A stretch of 63,980 nucleotides of DNA, filler included, from Reclinomonas americana ATCC 50394 (taxonomy: Eukaryota), in NCBI GenBank assembly GCA_048213135.1. It is 13 parts of 13 records of this genome, joined end to end, with 100 filler letters (N's around TTAATTAATTAA, not from the genome) between each part and the next. Parts side by side here need not be neighbours in the genome. Positions count along the whole stretch, not along the records: positions 1 to 7,427 come from AFZH01019813.1; positions 7,528 to 13,039 come from AFZH01019816.1; positions 13,140 to 15,724 come from AFZH01019817.1; 10 more parts are not named here. One strand, written 5' to 3'. The position numbers were made by a program, and so were the translations under genes. Under the pieces are notes generated by a model. The model saw only the letters and a list, made by a program, of their open reading frames with translations. It was not told where the DNA came from and did not search any database. Positions 1 through 13,820 of the stretch are shown one piece after another (position 1 is the stretch's first letter; every line of letters begins with the position of its first letter).

Positions 1-249
1 TAGAGAAGAGGAAGAAAGAGAGAGAGAGAGAGAGAGAAAGAGAGAAGAAGAAGAAGAAGAAGAGAGAGAGAAAATTGACGGAGGAAGGAAGAGAATGAGA
101 GGATGAAGGGAGCAGACAGAAAATGGGGAATGCGTAAGAAAGATAACATCAAGGAAGGGCACATAAGAGATAACAAGGCACAGAGAGAAAAAGAGGGACG
201 AGAGAAAGTAAGAAACCGTCTGCATCTCATATGCGTGGAAATAAACAAA

Positions 250-3200
250 CCAGGCAACTGCGTGTTCGCCAGCGTCACTGCGTTGATCACTTGCATGGAC
301 ACGTACGACAAGTACAGGCGGTTGAGCCCCGTGTAAGTAAACGGGTACCACGGGTAGTCGGCGGTGGTCGCCATGTCGTCGTCGGTGAAGCGCACACAGA
401 GCTGCCAGGGGCGAGTGGCAGCGACTTGCGAAAACGTCAACCTGTACGGAATCTGTGGAGGAGAGTGGGCAACTACAGATGGCGGGGTCGTCCAACACTC
501 TTGTGCTCGCCACACACCTCCAACGCCTCAGTTGTACCCGTGACCGTGGTGGGCCAGTCGACGAATCCCACAGACGGGCTCGCGCGGCAAGTGCCCGAGG
601 CCGACACAATGCGGAAGCGCTGGCGATTGTAAGTCATATTGTAGCCTCGCACACGGATCTTGCGCAGTGCTCCATCGGCAACCAAAGCACCCGACAAAAT
701 GTCGTGCATGAACACTGCCGTCACACGTGTGATGAGCGCGCGAGACCAGCACATGGGAGAGAGAGAGAGAGCACATGCGAACCGACTTGAATCGCTGCAT
801 CATCCATGACGGAGCCCCACTGCACGAGAGGATCGCCAGTTGGCGGTCGGTAGCACAGGTGATAGAACCCGGGTCCGGCAGAGCCCGGCATCGGCATTGT
901 GAGCTGCACCAGTGTCCTGGTGGTACCGTCCACTTGCACCGTCTCCGTCCACGTGGACGGGCACGCAGTGGGCGGTACGGCCGGCGTAAGCGGCGAACAC
1001 GACGAAGTGCCAGAGGCAAAGGCAAACGAGCCGCCGACAACCATGTTGTTGCCAATCACGGTGAAAACAACCGTATCTACGCCGCCGGCAGCCACCGACA
1101 GCAGAGATGGAATGCGAATCGACGATAGCTGCCATGGTGCGGCTGTATACGACAAAGGAGTCAGTCGCAAGGCGCACAGAGATCCAACGAGCCAAAACAA
1201 GACACTTCTCACCAATGTCAAAGTGATTGCCGGAGACCGAGTCAAACGGGAAAAAGTCGTACTCGAAACTGTCCACCGCCGAGTACCGAATGCACAGCTG
1301 GAGTCCGGTGCCTACCACACCGACAGACGCCGACACTTTCACGTCGACAATGAGGGCGGAGCTCGTGCTCAGTGCCGGCACTGTGGTGGCGACACCCATG
1401 TTCACAGCCGGTTTGTCAGCGCAGGATGCCGTGTCACGCACAACCACAAATCGATCGCGATTGGCGTCGAGCTGGAAGCCGGACACTGTCACACGCTTGT
1501 TGACATTGTCCGCGACCAGGAGTTGGGGTGTCATGGATACGGAGCGAACTGCGCGAGAGACGCAAGGGTGGGAGGGGGGGAGTCAGCGCGACATGCACTT
1601 GGCAAGCGACTCTCTCGTTTCGAACCGAATGTGAGTGTCTGCTGATTGGCCACGTCGCCAAACTGGAGCAGCGGACTAACTCCACCAGGCTGCACGCAGA
1701 ACCTGTCGAAGAGGCACATGGTTGCAACATATTTAGCACGCTTTCGTTCAGAAACCCCTGCAAGCGAGTGCGCAGGTGTCACGCAACTTGTATGTGCCTG
1801 CCACGGCCAGCGGTGTTTGCAGTCCAATGGAAACCTCGTACGAGTTGGACGAGGGTCGTGACATGGTGAAACCAATCACGCTGGGCGGCGCCACAGCACC
1901 AGTGCACGAACTAGCGCTGTTGACAATCAGCAGCGTATCCGAGTCTTGCATGCCGAAGCCCCGGATCGTGATGACGGCCTGCGTGCCCGTGGCGGAGAAC
2001 ACCGGCAACACGATTGGAGTCAACGAAATTCCCGTTACTGCGAAGAGACTGTGTGTCAATGCTATGGACACAAGCACAATCTGGCCTTGCGCCGGGTAGA
2101 TGAAACAAAACGCACCAATAAAGAACGATCCGCCACCAGCACCGTCGCTGAAATCCCGGAAGGCACCAGAGCCGAGACGAATGCACAGTCGCAAGGCTGT
2201 GGCCTGAGCGGCCGTGGCGGGTGGAACCGCCACCAGCACCCGCAAGGAGGTGTCGTTGGGTCCAGTGGCATCCACTGTTACGGCGCTCAGTTTTTGACGA
2301 AACGAGAAACACCAACTGCATCGAGGACACAAACCTGTTGCTGTGCCGAGCGACGGGCTCGTACCACAAGTACCGGTGTCATCAATGACGGCAAATGTCT
2401 CACGAGATTTGTTCAACGCCACGCCTGTCACCACCATTTTCTTCGCGACATTGTCGGCCACAATGGAAATAGGGTCCACAGAGGAAGAGCGGACTGCACG
2501 AGAGTGAGGGGGTGAGAAACGAGTGAGACGGAACGTTACAATCCACGGTGTGACAATCAGCAAGCACTGTCACTGCTCACTCACCCACAGACACTTGCCC
2601 AGTGGCACTCGGGCTGAATCCCTCGACAGGGTCAAACTGAATGCACACATTGTCTGCAAGCAAAAAATACAACAAAAACAAGTCAGAGACACGGGGAAAA
2701 ACCTGTGGCACCGAGCATGAGCCACGTACAAGTCCCGGCCGGCACTGGCGTGGCTGACACTGGCTGCACTGGCACCGTTGTGAGATTACTGCCGACGGCG
2801 CTAGTCTGCAACGGCAGTCCGGAGCCATCGCACACGCCGCTGGAGGCCAACTGCAACTGCATGGGATACGAGGCATCCAGCTTTTGTCCGACAATGTCGA
2901 AGGACAGCGAGTCACCAAAGGCAATCGCCGGCACCGGCACGAGTCCAGCGGCGGTGACTAGAGAAAGGTGATTGCGAGAGACATCAAGTTAGCCATCATA
3001 TTCACACACGCACACGTACAATCCTACATACAGACACGCAACTGTCACAAGATGGCCCGTGGAAGCCGGCGGGGCACGGTGGCGCCGTAGTGTAGGTGCT
3101 GGGTGCTGTTGACGCTGTGGTGGCACCCGATACAGTGGACACCAGACGCAAGTAGTACACCGTGCCAGCCACAAGCGGCTCCGCCCGCGTCTGCACCGTG

Positions 3201-6200
3201 ATGGGCATCACGCCCGTGAGTCCGGTCGAAGGCATGGGCGTAAAGGCGGTCACGGTGCCAGCCGCAAAGGTGGGACTCGTCGACAACTCAAACATCACGT
3301 CGGTCGGCAGTGGTCCGTTGGGCGTCACTTGCACCGACAGGTCCATGTACGTCTGATGCACTTGAGATACAGAAAACGCCGTCACCGACGGCAGCTGGGC
3401 AATCAACGTAAAGCTCTGCGGGGGGGAGGCTTTGAGCTGCTGCCCGGCTACCGTGGCTACCAGGCGGTAAAAGTACGTGGTAGCCGGTATCAGGCCCGTG
3501 ATGTCGGCACTCATGTTGAACACCGTAGAACCGGTGACACTGGCGCTCGGCGCCGGCACCTCGACGACACCAGCCATAAGAGTGTTGTCCGTCGAGTACT
3601 GGAAAGACACCTGCGCCGTATCGCCCTGGGGATTCACTGTGCCGTTGAGTGTGGCCGTGGTGAACGCCACCAGAGTGGCGCTGTCCGTCGTCAACGTGGG
3701 TGTCGGCAGCGTTGTAAACGAGACCGGAGGACCCAGAATCGTCGACCCGGCGTCGGCAAACGTCACCACCGTGCGGTAGTAGTACGTCGTGCCAGCCGTC
3801 AGCGGAGCCACTGTGGCGGTAACACCGACGGCGCCGGAGCCTGTCAGCGGTTGCGACGGAGACACGGTGGTGACGGTGGTAAACGTCGTAAACATCATAC
3901 TTGTCGAGTACTGGAAGCTGACAGTGGCCGTGTCATCCTCCGGATTAACCGTGGCCGCAAACCCGGCGCCAATGTACGACACCGTGGAGAGTGCGTCGGT
4001 GCTCACCGACGGCAGAGCACGCGTGGGAAACACAAAAATGTCGCCGCGCACAGACAGACCCGACACGGTGGCCACAATGCGGAATGCATACGTCATTGAA
4101 GGCAACAGGGACGTCGCCACCGCCGAGACGGGCGTGTCCACTGACGCCGCCACCGGAGCCGCCGGAGTCACCGTCGTGACGGTAGTGACAAGAGTGTTCA
4201 TGGTCACATCCGTGGAGATCTCAAACGACACAGTGACGGCGTCGCCACCATTGGCATTAACGGTGCCGTTGAGGACGGCCGACAAGTAGGTAGCGTTGGT
4301 TGCCGTGATTGTCACGGGCACGGGCGCGTTGAGTGTCGTGAACATCACAATGGGGCCGCGTACAACGCCACCGCCCACCGTCGACACCATGCGGAAGTAG
4401 TAGTCGGTGCCACCGGTGAGCGACGTCACCGTGGCGCTGATGCTGACGAGAGCCATACCGGAGACCGTGCCGGCGGGCGACACGACTGTGACTGTCACGA
4501 CGCCCGTGCTCATGGTGCCGTCTGTGGACATCTCAAACGACGGCGTAACATCCTCGCCGCCAACTGGATTCACGCCTCCATTCAGCACTGCACCCAGGAA
4601 CGTGAGGCCCGAAGCAGGCGAGGTGACTGCCACGGGAGCGTTCAGCGTGGTCAGCAGCTGCGGTGCGCTGACTAGAGTGGCACCGGCGACCACCGTCACC
4701 AGTCGGTAGTAGTAGGCCGTGTTCGGCGCCAGACCCGTCGCCGTAACCGACACATTCTGCGTGACGAGCCCAGAGTACGGTGGGGCTGGCGACACGGGAG
4801 AGACGGTTGACACTCCCGTCAGCATGGCGGGATCCGTGGAGATTTCAAACACCGCCGACGACGTGAAGCCGTCCTTCATGTCTATGGTGGCGTTCAGTTG
4901 CGCGCTCTGGAACGTGACTGACAACGGAGTGGTGCCGGTCAGCACCGGAATCTCCTTGGTGTTGATTTGTGAGACGTCGCCCAACACTGCCAAGCCCATC
5001 GACACGCCTTGAATGCGGAAGTAGTACGTCAGATTTGGCGTCAGACCCAATACAGTGGCCGTCAGCGACGTGGCGGCAGCCGTTACGTCTCCAGCAGGCG
5101 TGATACTTGTCACCACCGTGGCGGGAGTCAGCGACATGTTCGTCGAGTACACAAATGCGAGCGACGTCACTGGCCCACCGGAGCCCGGCGACACGGTTGC
5201 CGACAAATCAAAACTGAGATGCGTAACATTAGTGGCCGCGTCGGTCACCAATGTCGGCTTCGTCTCAGTCATAAACGGAACTGGCATACCGTTGGTGATG
5301 GTGGTGGTGGCGAATTGGGTAGTCGCGACTGCCATCACGCGGAAGAAATACAATGCGCCATCCTGCAGCAGATCGACGTCGGCGGTGTATGATGTCAAAT
5401 CCGAGCCCGACAAGTCACCAGCCGGCGTCACATTGGAGACAGTGATCACATTGGAAAAAGTATTGTGGTCCGACACCTCAAAGTATACGGAGACCACATA
5501 GTCATTGGCGTTGACCGTGGCCGCGAGCGACGCACTGCGGAAGGTGATGTTGGAGGCGGCACCCGTGGTGGCCGTCGCACCCGGTGGCGGTGTAAATGTC
5601 AAGAACGTGCTACTGGGACCAGGGATCACTGTGCCAGTCACGGTCGACAGCAGACGGAAATAGTAAATCGTGGAATGGGCGAGTCCAGCTAGCGGAAGCG
5701 ACACGGTGTTGAGGCCGGCACCGGTGAAGGGGCCGTCTGGCAAATTGACCACGGTGGACATGGCAAATGCATTGTCGGTCGAGTACTCAAACGCCACCGT
5801 CACCGGGAAAATGTCGTTGGCCTGCACATCGACGTGCAATGTCGCAGCCTTGGTAGTGACTCCTGTTGACTGCACATTGCTCATCACCGGCAAGTTCGGC
5901 ACAGCAAACGACTCGATCGTGGACTGCGCCAGCGTGTTGCCCATGAGGTCCGTGGCGTCCATCCGGTAGTGGTATGTCGTTCCCGGTGTCAGGCCAGTGA
6001 TGGTAGCAGAGAGGTTGACAGCACCGCTGCCACTAATCTGCCCCGGCGGCGACACCAGCGACGCGGTCGTGCCACCAACCAAAAATGGAGACGTGCCCCA
6101 CACGAAAGCACCAAGCACCGGCAGCCCGCCAAACGCATCGACACTGCCGCGGAGTGTCGCCGTGTACGGCGTCACGTCACCGGGGATGGTGAGCGGAATG

Positions 6201-7310
6201 GTCACGGGCGCCGGATCGGCCGACGACACCATGAGTGGACCGCCGGGCACGATCGTGTATGCACCACCCACAGGCGCATTGGCAAAGTTGACACACAAAC
6301 TCCACGGCCCTTGTGTGACGCCGGCAATCTTTGCCGCCGAAAACGTCACAATTTGTGAGGCCGGCGGTCCACCACCGTCGCTGATACTGCCAACGGCGAG
6401 TACGGAAATCGTCCCCGGTGCGGCGCCGGCTGTAGTCGCTGAGCACGTGGTGCCCGGTTCGACCCGCACGGTATCGAGTGCCGCCACAGAGAGGCCAGGA
6501 CCGACGATCGAAAACGTGGAGACGGTGTCCGTGGTGAGGAGACGCGTGGGCGTGAATGAAAGGACGCCTGTGGTGGAGGAACGGAAGGGAGTAACGGGGA
6601 AAGGAGGGGAAGGAGGGGAGAGGTGACGGGAGGAGAAGGGAGAGAAGGGAGGGGGTAGAAGGGAGGTTAGTATGCGTCTCCAAGAGAGCTGAGCAGTGTG
6701 CATGGAGGGAGAGACGAGAACATCAACGCACCAGTGCCGCAGACAGCATCACCGGAGAATTGCGCCGGACATGTGCAGGCACCGGTGCCTGCAATGCCAT
6801 CATCACACACACCGCCATTCTGGCAGGCGCACGCACTGGCACAAGTGGGGCCGTACATGCCAGCCGGGCACTGCGCAGACAGATGAGAAGCGACCGAGGA
6901 TTGGAAGAGAACGAACTCTTGCCCAACCTTCACAGTAAAGAGTGATGGCGCCTGAATGTACACGCTGGGACTGCCGGTGAGATCAAAACACACAACAAAT
7001 GAACCGTAGCCGGTTGAGGTAGCGGAAATGGTAGAGGTGAATGGTCCATTGGCCGGCGCGCCCACGCTGGTGAGTACGAGGGAAGACGGACTCATGCAAT
7101 TAACCGGACCAAGGTTGTCGACGAAAAAGACCGAATTCACAGTGTTGGCACTGGATGTGGCGTGCGAGTGAGCAATGCGCAAGAGCGCTACAACAATCGA
7201 AAAGAGAAAATGTGCCACGCAACAAAGGTCCGCCAATGTCAAACGTCACTCCGCCAGTCGCCGCTGTTGAATTGGGAACAACAGTGTATGTGGCTGTGGC
7301 GAACGGAGGG
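250..7310 (-). CDS. Multi-exon giant cell-surface protein (partial): Ig/IPT-like Thr/Val/Ser-rich modules, EGF-like modules and about 10 tandem FN3-like repeats
   Basis: The 3002-6703 ORF has about 10 repeats of roughly 97-100 aa of the type P.V.T..A..VT..SA.LNGTVN..G....V.FE.ST...L.P.T.YY.R.V. EGF-like CPAGMYGPTCASACACQNGGVCDDGIAGTGACTC lies at about 6740-6875 and CPAGFHGPSC at about 3050-3080. Further minus-strand exons with ~100-aa Cys-containing modules are bounded by GT..AG introns. Gene ends are not resolved. Confidence 0.75.
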
Positions 7311-7427
7311 TGCGATGAGAGAAGGGAGAGTGGCAAGGGAAAAGAGGACAGAGGGGAGAAGAATGAAAAAAAGACAAAACGCAAGACAAATATTCTAGAA
7401 GTGTGCGGGCGTTGGTGGAGAGTAGGC

Positions 7428-7527
7428 NNNNNNNNNNNNNNNNNNNNNNNNNNNNNNNNNNNNNNNNNNNNTTAATTAATTAANNNNNNNNNNNNNNNNN
7501 NNNNNNNNNNNNNNNNNNNNNNNNNNN
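7428..7527. other. Artificial scaffold spacer (N44-TTAATTAATTAA-N44)
   Basis: Six-frame stop linker flanked by Ns. Identical spacers at 13040, 15725, 22194, 26680, 29755, 36399, 37727, 53876, 58823, 60284 and 62868 (100 bp each). Confidence 0.98.
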
Positions 7528-7799
7528 GAGGAGAGGGGAGAGGGAGAGGGAGAGGGAAAGAGGGAGAGGGCGAGAGGGCGAGAGGGAGAGGGAGAGGGAG
7601 GGGAGGAGAGGGAGAGGGAGACAAAGGGAGATATAACAAATGAAACAAACAAACAGACAAGGAGAACTCTCCCAGAATAACATAGAGACATTCACAGACA
7701 GCATGGGTAAGAGAGAAGCAGAAACTGACAAATAGACTTGAAGTTAAGATGCAAGCACACATACATACACACACACACACTCTCTCTCTAGAAAGAATG

Positions 7800-10700
7800 T
7801 GCGCTTTTACATCGATGACACAACTTGTAGCACACTTGGAAGCGACCGGCGGCGCTGCCATTGAGTGGGAAGTTCACAGAGGTGGTGCCGGAAGCAGTCA
7901 GTGTGAACGCCGTGAAAGAAGCCAGAGTGGTGTCGGTGGCACACGAGCCGCCAGTGGAGATGATCTTGACTGTGTCGGTGTTGCGTGCGCCAATTGCCGG
8001 AATGGTAACTGTTGTCCGACACACGCAATGTGAACACGAGAGTACCCACACAACAAACGAAAATGGGAGACGAGGCGCAACTGGTGGTGGCCGTGCTCAG
8101 GGGTGCAACAGTCGGGGTCAGTGCACTGGCACCTTGCACCACAAACGTGCCGTTGGTGACGGCGAAACGGGTGCCGGAGCCGCCAAATTGAATGCACACC
8201 ATGACGATGCCAAACGAGGTGCCAGTCATCGGCACGGTGATGAGAGTGGACCCGGTAAGCGTCTTGGCACCCACTGTCACAGTCGGCTCCGAAGGGTCGG
8301 TCTGGCAATTGGGACTCGCCTTTGCCACAATCACCGTGATGACGTCGGACGTGGTGAGCCTGATTGGGAAATGAGAAGGGAAATTAATGAGATACGGAAG
8401 CAGAATGAACAAAGGAGGGAGCGGAGAATGAGGACCACAGAGTAGGCAGAGAAGTAAAGCAAAAAAAAAGATACGACATGCAGAAGGAGGAATAAAGAGT
8501 GAAGACAGCGGTTCGAGCGCCACACGTACGCTGCTCCACTAATGGTGACCGCGGTGGCCGTCGCGATCGGAATCACGGCAGGAGTGAATCCCGTCGTTCC
8601 TGACACACGCAACAGAAAAAATAAACACGTGAGCAAAACAACTGAAATCGGTAGGGACGGTTTCATCGACACACCTCGCACGCCAAAGACTCCACTGGTG
8701 ACGGCGACAAAGGGAGCCACACCACCATAGGCAATGCACACTTGATACGATCCGGGGTTGGTACCCGTCACGTTCAGCTTGATTGCGTTGGGCACCGACG
8801 AGGTCGAGGAGATGGGCGACGTAAGGCCACTCGCCTGCGAATCGCTTCCACAGCTGCCAGTGGAGAGGATCACTTTGAAGGTGTCCATGGCTGCACATGG
8901 GGTGATGTTAGCAGGGAAAGCAACTCGCAAGACAACACATGCAGCAATCACCAGTGAGACCAGCGCCGTTGACAGTCACAACGGTGGCTGTGGAGACTTG
9001 CAGGACTGTCGGTGTGATGCCCGTGGTACCTGTGCGGCAATGGGTGAGGCAACGGGAAAGTAAAAGGACAGGAGGGAGGAAGGAGAATTAAGGATGGGAC
9101 AAACGCAGTACGAAACAGGGTTGTATGCAGAAAGAGAAAGGAGACTAAGATGTATAAAGAGACACACACACACATACGCACGCAGAGAGAAAAGGCTTAT
9201 CATCGCAGGTGATCCGCCACAGGTAGTCAAAGACAAGACACTAGTTCGTGAGCGCGTACTTACCACGCACGGCGAAATCAACCGATACTGAACCAGGCAC
9301 AGTGTAGAAGCCTGCGGCAGTGGAGAAGCTGCGTATTGCAAACGTGTAAGGCGATAGAGCACACGACACATTAATACAACCACAAGACGAGGGCGACGTA
9401 CTCGATGCACACAATATAGTTGCCGGTGCTGGAGGCAATGGGAGTGAGGGTGAATGTCGAAGTCGTAGCAGTGCCGTTCACCGTGCGAGGCCCGACAGTT
9501 ATGCCGGCCACAGTCGTTACGCTGCAGGAACCAGTGTCCGGCTGCACGGTGATAACGTCCGTGCTGGAGAAGCCGAATCCAGTCAACGTCATGGTCGTGG
9601 CACTCGGTGGCACAATCACACTCGGCGACATGTCTGCCGTGAGCCCCTGCGCGGAGATAACGCCGACATTGAATGACGCCGCAGCAGCGGTACCAGTAAA
9701 CCTGTGCACATTGTGGTTTTGTGAGCGGATAGTGAAACCAGACGCAGCGGCCCGCAGAAATAGACGTTGTCACGTAACTGGTAGCAGAGATTGTAGCGAT
9801 TGGTGGTGTTGGCCGTGATATTGACAGCAAGAGCGGTAGCCGATGCAGTGGGCGAAGCCACCGTCGTGCCACCGGCGGCGCCAGCAGTGCAGGCGCTGGC
9901 TATTGGCACCAATTTGATGACGTCTGTGGTGCGTGCTCCGAACACGGCAATGGAGACTGCGGAGAAGGGAAGGAAAATAAGGGGGAAGTGAGAAGCGGGG
10001 AAGGGGGAAAGGGGAAGGAGGAAGGAGGAAGGATGAAAGGGGTAGGGGGGAAGGGGGATAGGGAAATAAGGGGGAAGTGAGAAGGGGGAAGGGGGAAAGG
10101 GGAAGGAAATGGGGTGAAGGCGAAATGAGGTGAAGGGATGGGAGGTTAAATAGGGAAGGGGAATGGGGGATGGAGAAAGAGGAAGTGGAAAACATGGGCG
10201 AAGGCGAATGGGCGCGGGAAGGGATGGGGAGGAAAATGAGAGAGTAGGGGCAGGGAAGGGAAAGGGGAAGGCGAAGAGAATGGGAAGAGCGGGGTGGAGA
10301 GATGAAGAAAACAGAACGAAATTTGAAGAGAAGGAGAGGAGGGAACGAGAAGAAGTGAATGAAGAGAAGATTTGAAGTCGAAGAAAGAGAAAACATTTGG
10401 AGCGAGTACGTTGATGATTGCGAGCAAGCGACAAAAAACGGCATCAAAGGAGCGACTGACACACACACGTACCGTTGTACGCAGTGGAAGCTGGAATTGT
10501 CGTCGGCGTGATAGTGCTGCTGCCGACCACGTAGAAGGTGCTGTTGACCACCAGTGCATAGCTTCCAGTGTTTCCGTAGCGGATGCACATGAGGAAGGCA
10601 CCAATCACGTTCGACGTCACCGGCACCGTCAGCTGTGTGGAGGAACCACCCTGCGTGCCAAACGTGAAGCCGGTGACCTGAGCAGTGGCGACGCAGTCCG

Positions 10701-12937
10701 GAGACGCGCTGTATGGAATGCTCTTGAGAACGTCGCTGGTGGTCAGACTGCAAGCGAGAGAGAACGAGGTCAGATTCAAGAACACAGCACCCGATAACAG
10801 GTGGCGTCTGAAGGTGACTCACGCAATGCCTGTTACGGTGACCGTGGTGGTTACACCGACATTGATGGTGGCCGGAGTGTAGCCGGTGGTGCCTGTGTCG
10901 TGATCACATTTAACAACAGGACTCAGAAGTGATCACGCTTGGTGTGGAAATTACCTCGCACGGAGAGTGTGGCGCCACCGGTGACGGCGTATGGAACCAT
11001 AGTGCCCATTCTGCACAGGGACATGACACAAAAAAGTGTGAGTTCGGAGAAACATTGGAGATAGCGAGTAAGAGAGGAAGATGCAACACGTGTGGTCACG
11101 ATGAACACCCTCCACTCCATCACACACACGCAACTTGACGCAAACGGTGAAGACGGCGACAGACGTCGGCAGCAGCGAGTACTGCTCCAACGTTGACGTC
11201 GCGCTGGTCGCAGTCAGGTTCGTGATACTTGCAGCTGACGCGCTTGCCGTACTACAGTTGCCGCCAGTGGCGATAATGTACAGTGCGTCGGTGCCTAGGG
11301 TTCCGAGACTGCCACCAGAGATGCTGATGGTGCTGGTGGCGCCGCCAAGGATAACAACAGGCGTCAGACCGGTAGCACCACTGCACGAAGGGGAGAGAAA
11401 AGAGAGAGGAGTGCTTCTTGTGTCAACAGAAAGCAGAATAAATACATCACAATTCGCGGACACTCAACGCAATAGTTGTCACCAAGCGGGTGTTCGTCAA
11501 CGACGTGGTGACGGCCACGGCATCGATAAAGTATGTGGCGTCGTACGCCGTGCCTCCGCTGCCAAATATGATGGTATACGTGTCGGTGGCCGTGATGGAG
11601 AGGCTGGTGGTGTACGTGGACCACGAGTTGCGCGGCGGAGTGACGGGTCCATACACCACCGTGTTATCGACTGCGATAACCATGGAGTTGTCGTACGTGT
11701 TGTAATTGATGCGCTGGGAGCCGCGGACAGAAATGCTGTCGCCGGCGGCCAGTGAAATTGTTTGGCGAATGGCACAGCCGCCACCCTGGCAGAAGCAGCA
11801 CTGCGCGCCCGCAGCAGGCACCAGCACGTTGGTGAAGCCACTGTTTGTTGTCGTGGGTCCACTGCCAAAACCGCTCCAGGCGGTGGCGGGTGAGTATTGG
11901 AAAGAGGAGGCGGCCAGCGCCGGCAATTCGAAGCCGCCATTGGAAAGTGTCACGTAGCCTGCAAAAGGACGAGGAGACGATGAGAGGAAGGAGAAAGGGA
12001 GAGGGAGAGAGCAGAGGAGAGAATGACGAGGGAGATGGACAGAGGGATGAAAGGAAAGAACAGAACAGAGTGGAATAGAAGTGACGGAGAGAGGGAGAGG
12101 GAGAAAGAGATGAGACGAAGTGGAGAGGGAGAGAGGGAGGAGAGCAAGGAGAGCGAAGAAGGGAGAATCGGCGGAGAAAGAACACAGAGAGAAAGAGGAC
12201 GGGAGGAAAGAAGAGCGAGGGGGAAAAGAGCGGAGGAATACGTAGTTAAGCGCCAACGACGAAGAAGTGGGCGCAACAAGCAAGATGCAGAATAAGGACA
12301 ACCAGAGAGCTGAAAAGAGACGACAAGGAGACATAATTCGAGGAAGTTACATAGTTTGTGTGTCACGTACCGCTGTTGACCAAATTGAAACTGCCCGAGC
12401 CACCATATCTGCACAATGAAAATAGAGGGCGATGTTTGTGTGAGGGAGCAAGGGCTGGAATATACGCAGAACAATGTGCGCAAGTCACTCAGACGCACTG
12501 AATACATAATTGGAATTGGATAAGATTGGCTGAGGTGACTGTCAGGATGGTGTTGTTGCTGTTGGAAGAACCGCTAGTGGCACCAACGACGACGCCAGCC
12601 GGAGTGGAGCCGGAACATGTGGCCGCGCTACCAACCGCTTTCACCACGTCGCTGATCAAGAAGGAAAAAGATAAGGCGCTCGGAAGAGTGACTAAGGCGA
12701 TGTAGATTGGGTGGTAAACCTGGACGATAGACCCCAGCCTTGGATGGTGATGCTCGTCGCGACACTTGCCTGGAAGGTGACAGCGAGAGGGAGAGGGTGG
12801 TGAATGGATAGGTACACGAGAGAGAGGGAGGGAGGGAGGGAGGGAGAGAGGGAGAAAGAGCGAGAGGCAAGTGAGACACGGTGTTTGAATAGATGAAGAC
12901 GTCAAAGAGTTGACTCGCACTTCAGAGTACCAGCGGG

Positions 12938-13032
<95 letters not shown>

Positions 13033-13820
13033 AGAGACGNNNNNNNNNNNNNNNNNNNNNNNNNNNNNNNNNNNNNNNNNNNNTTAATTAATTAANNNNN
13101 NNNNNNNNNNNNNNNNNNNNNNNNNNNNNNNNNNNNNNNAGGGCAGAACTGCACGCTGTCAATCTCACGCTGTTGTCCAAAGTAGTGTCTCTTTCACGAC
13201 ACAACCTGTCTCCCTCTCTCCCTCCTCCCCATCTCGCATTCCTTCTCCCTTCCTTCCTCTGTCTCAACTACACGCACCACAATGGTGGAGGGAGTGATCC
13301 CGCGTGTTCCTACAACAAACACGGCAATGAGTGAGCAACAGGAGTATTAATCTCGTACATCGAATAGTGCACAAACCTCGCACACTAAGAGAACCATCGG
13401 CAACAACGCCGTCCACGCACACTTTGTACGCACCAGGCACGGCGTACGCCGACGCCGTAAACGCCATGGAGAAGTGCTCCATGTTGATGGCAGTCACCGC
13501 GCCTGATCACCGACGCACACGCAGGTACACATAGGTAAGAGAAAGCGGGGGACCATTCACTTACGCGACACTCGAACCTTGCGAGATGAAGGACACGCAC
13601 GGTCCACAATTGCCGACTGTGCGCTGCGTAACCACGCACACAAACGCCGAAGTCGTGTATCCATTGTCCTTGAAGGTTGCGGTGACGGCCGCGCCGCCAG
13701 GTAACACGGTCTGCAACGACGTACAAAGTCAGGGGATCCTTCCGCACAAAGAAGAAAAGCCGGTGTATTCACTCACAATGGAGTTCATTTCCACCATCAT
13801 TGGCGAAAGTGGCTGCACGG
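7800..13820 (-). CDS. Upstream exons of a giant surface protein: repeated ~110-aa modules (D.IK.I...G.C ... F.VC..YG) plus one carbohydrate-binding-like beta-sandwich; probably the same gene as 250-7310
   Basis: Recurrent motifs TDTVKIISTGGSC, MDTFKVILSTGSC, TDVIKLVPIASAC, SDVLKSIPYSASPDC and SDVVKAVGSAATC in short exons separated by short or purine-rich introns. Exon ~11470-11958 reads LSNGGFELPAL...FIDAVAV. Confidence 0.6.
12940..13030. repeat. (GA)n microsatellite at contig end
   Basis: Direct observation. Similar (GA)n, (CT)n or (GT)n arrays at about 26598-26664, 26780-26852, 36255-36390, 37583-37726 and 60160-60283, mostly adjacent to gaps. Confidence 0.95.

Noticed and set aside
3162..6626. 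Long plus-strand ORFs opposite the FN3-like exon
   Set aside because: Antisense shadows of GC-rich Thr/Val-rich coding sequence.
7472..7483. Recurrent TTAATTAATTAA palindrome-like motif
   Set aside because: Always centred in 100-bp N spacers; an artificial six-frame stop linker.
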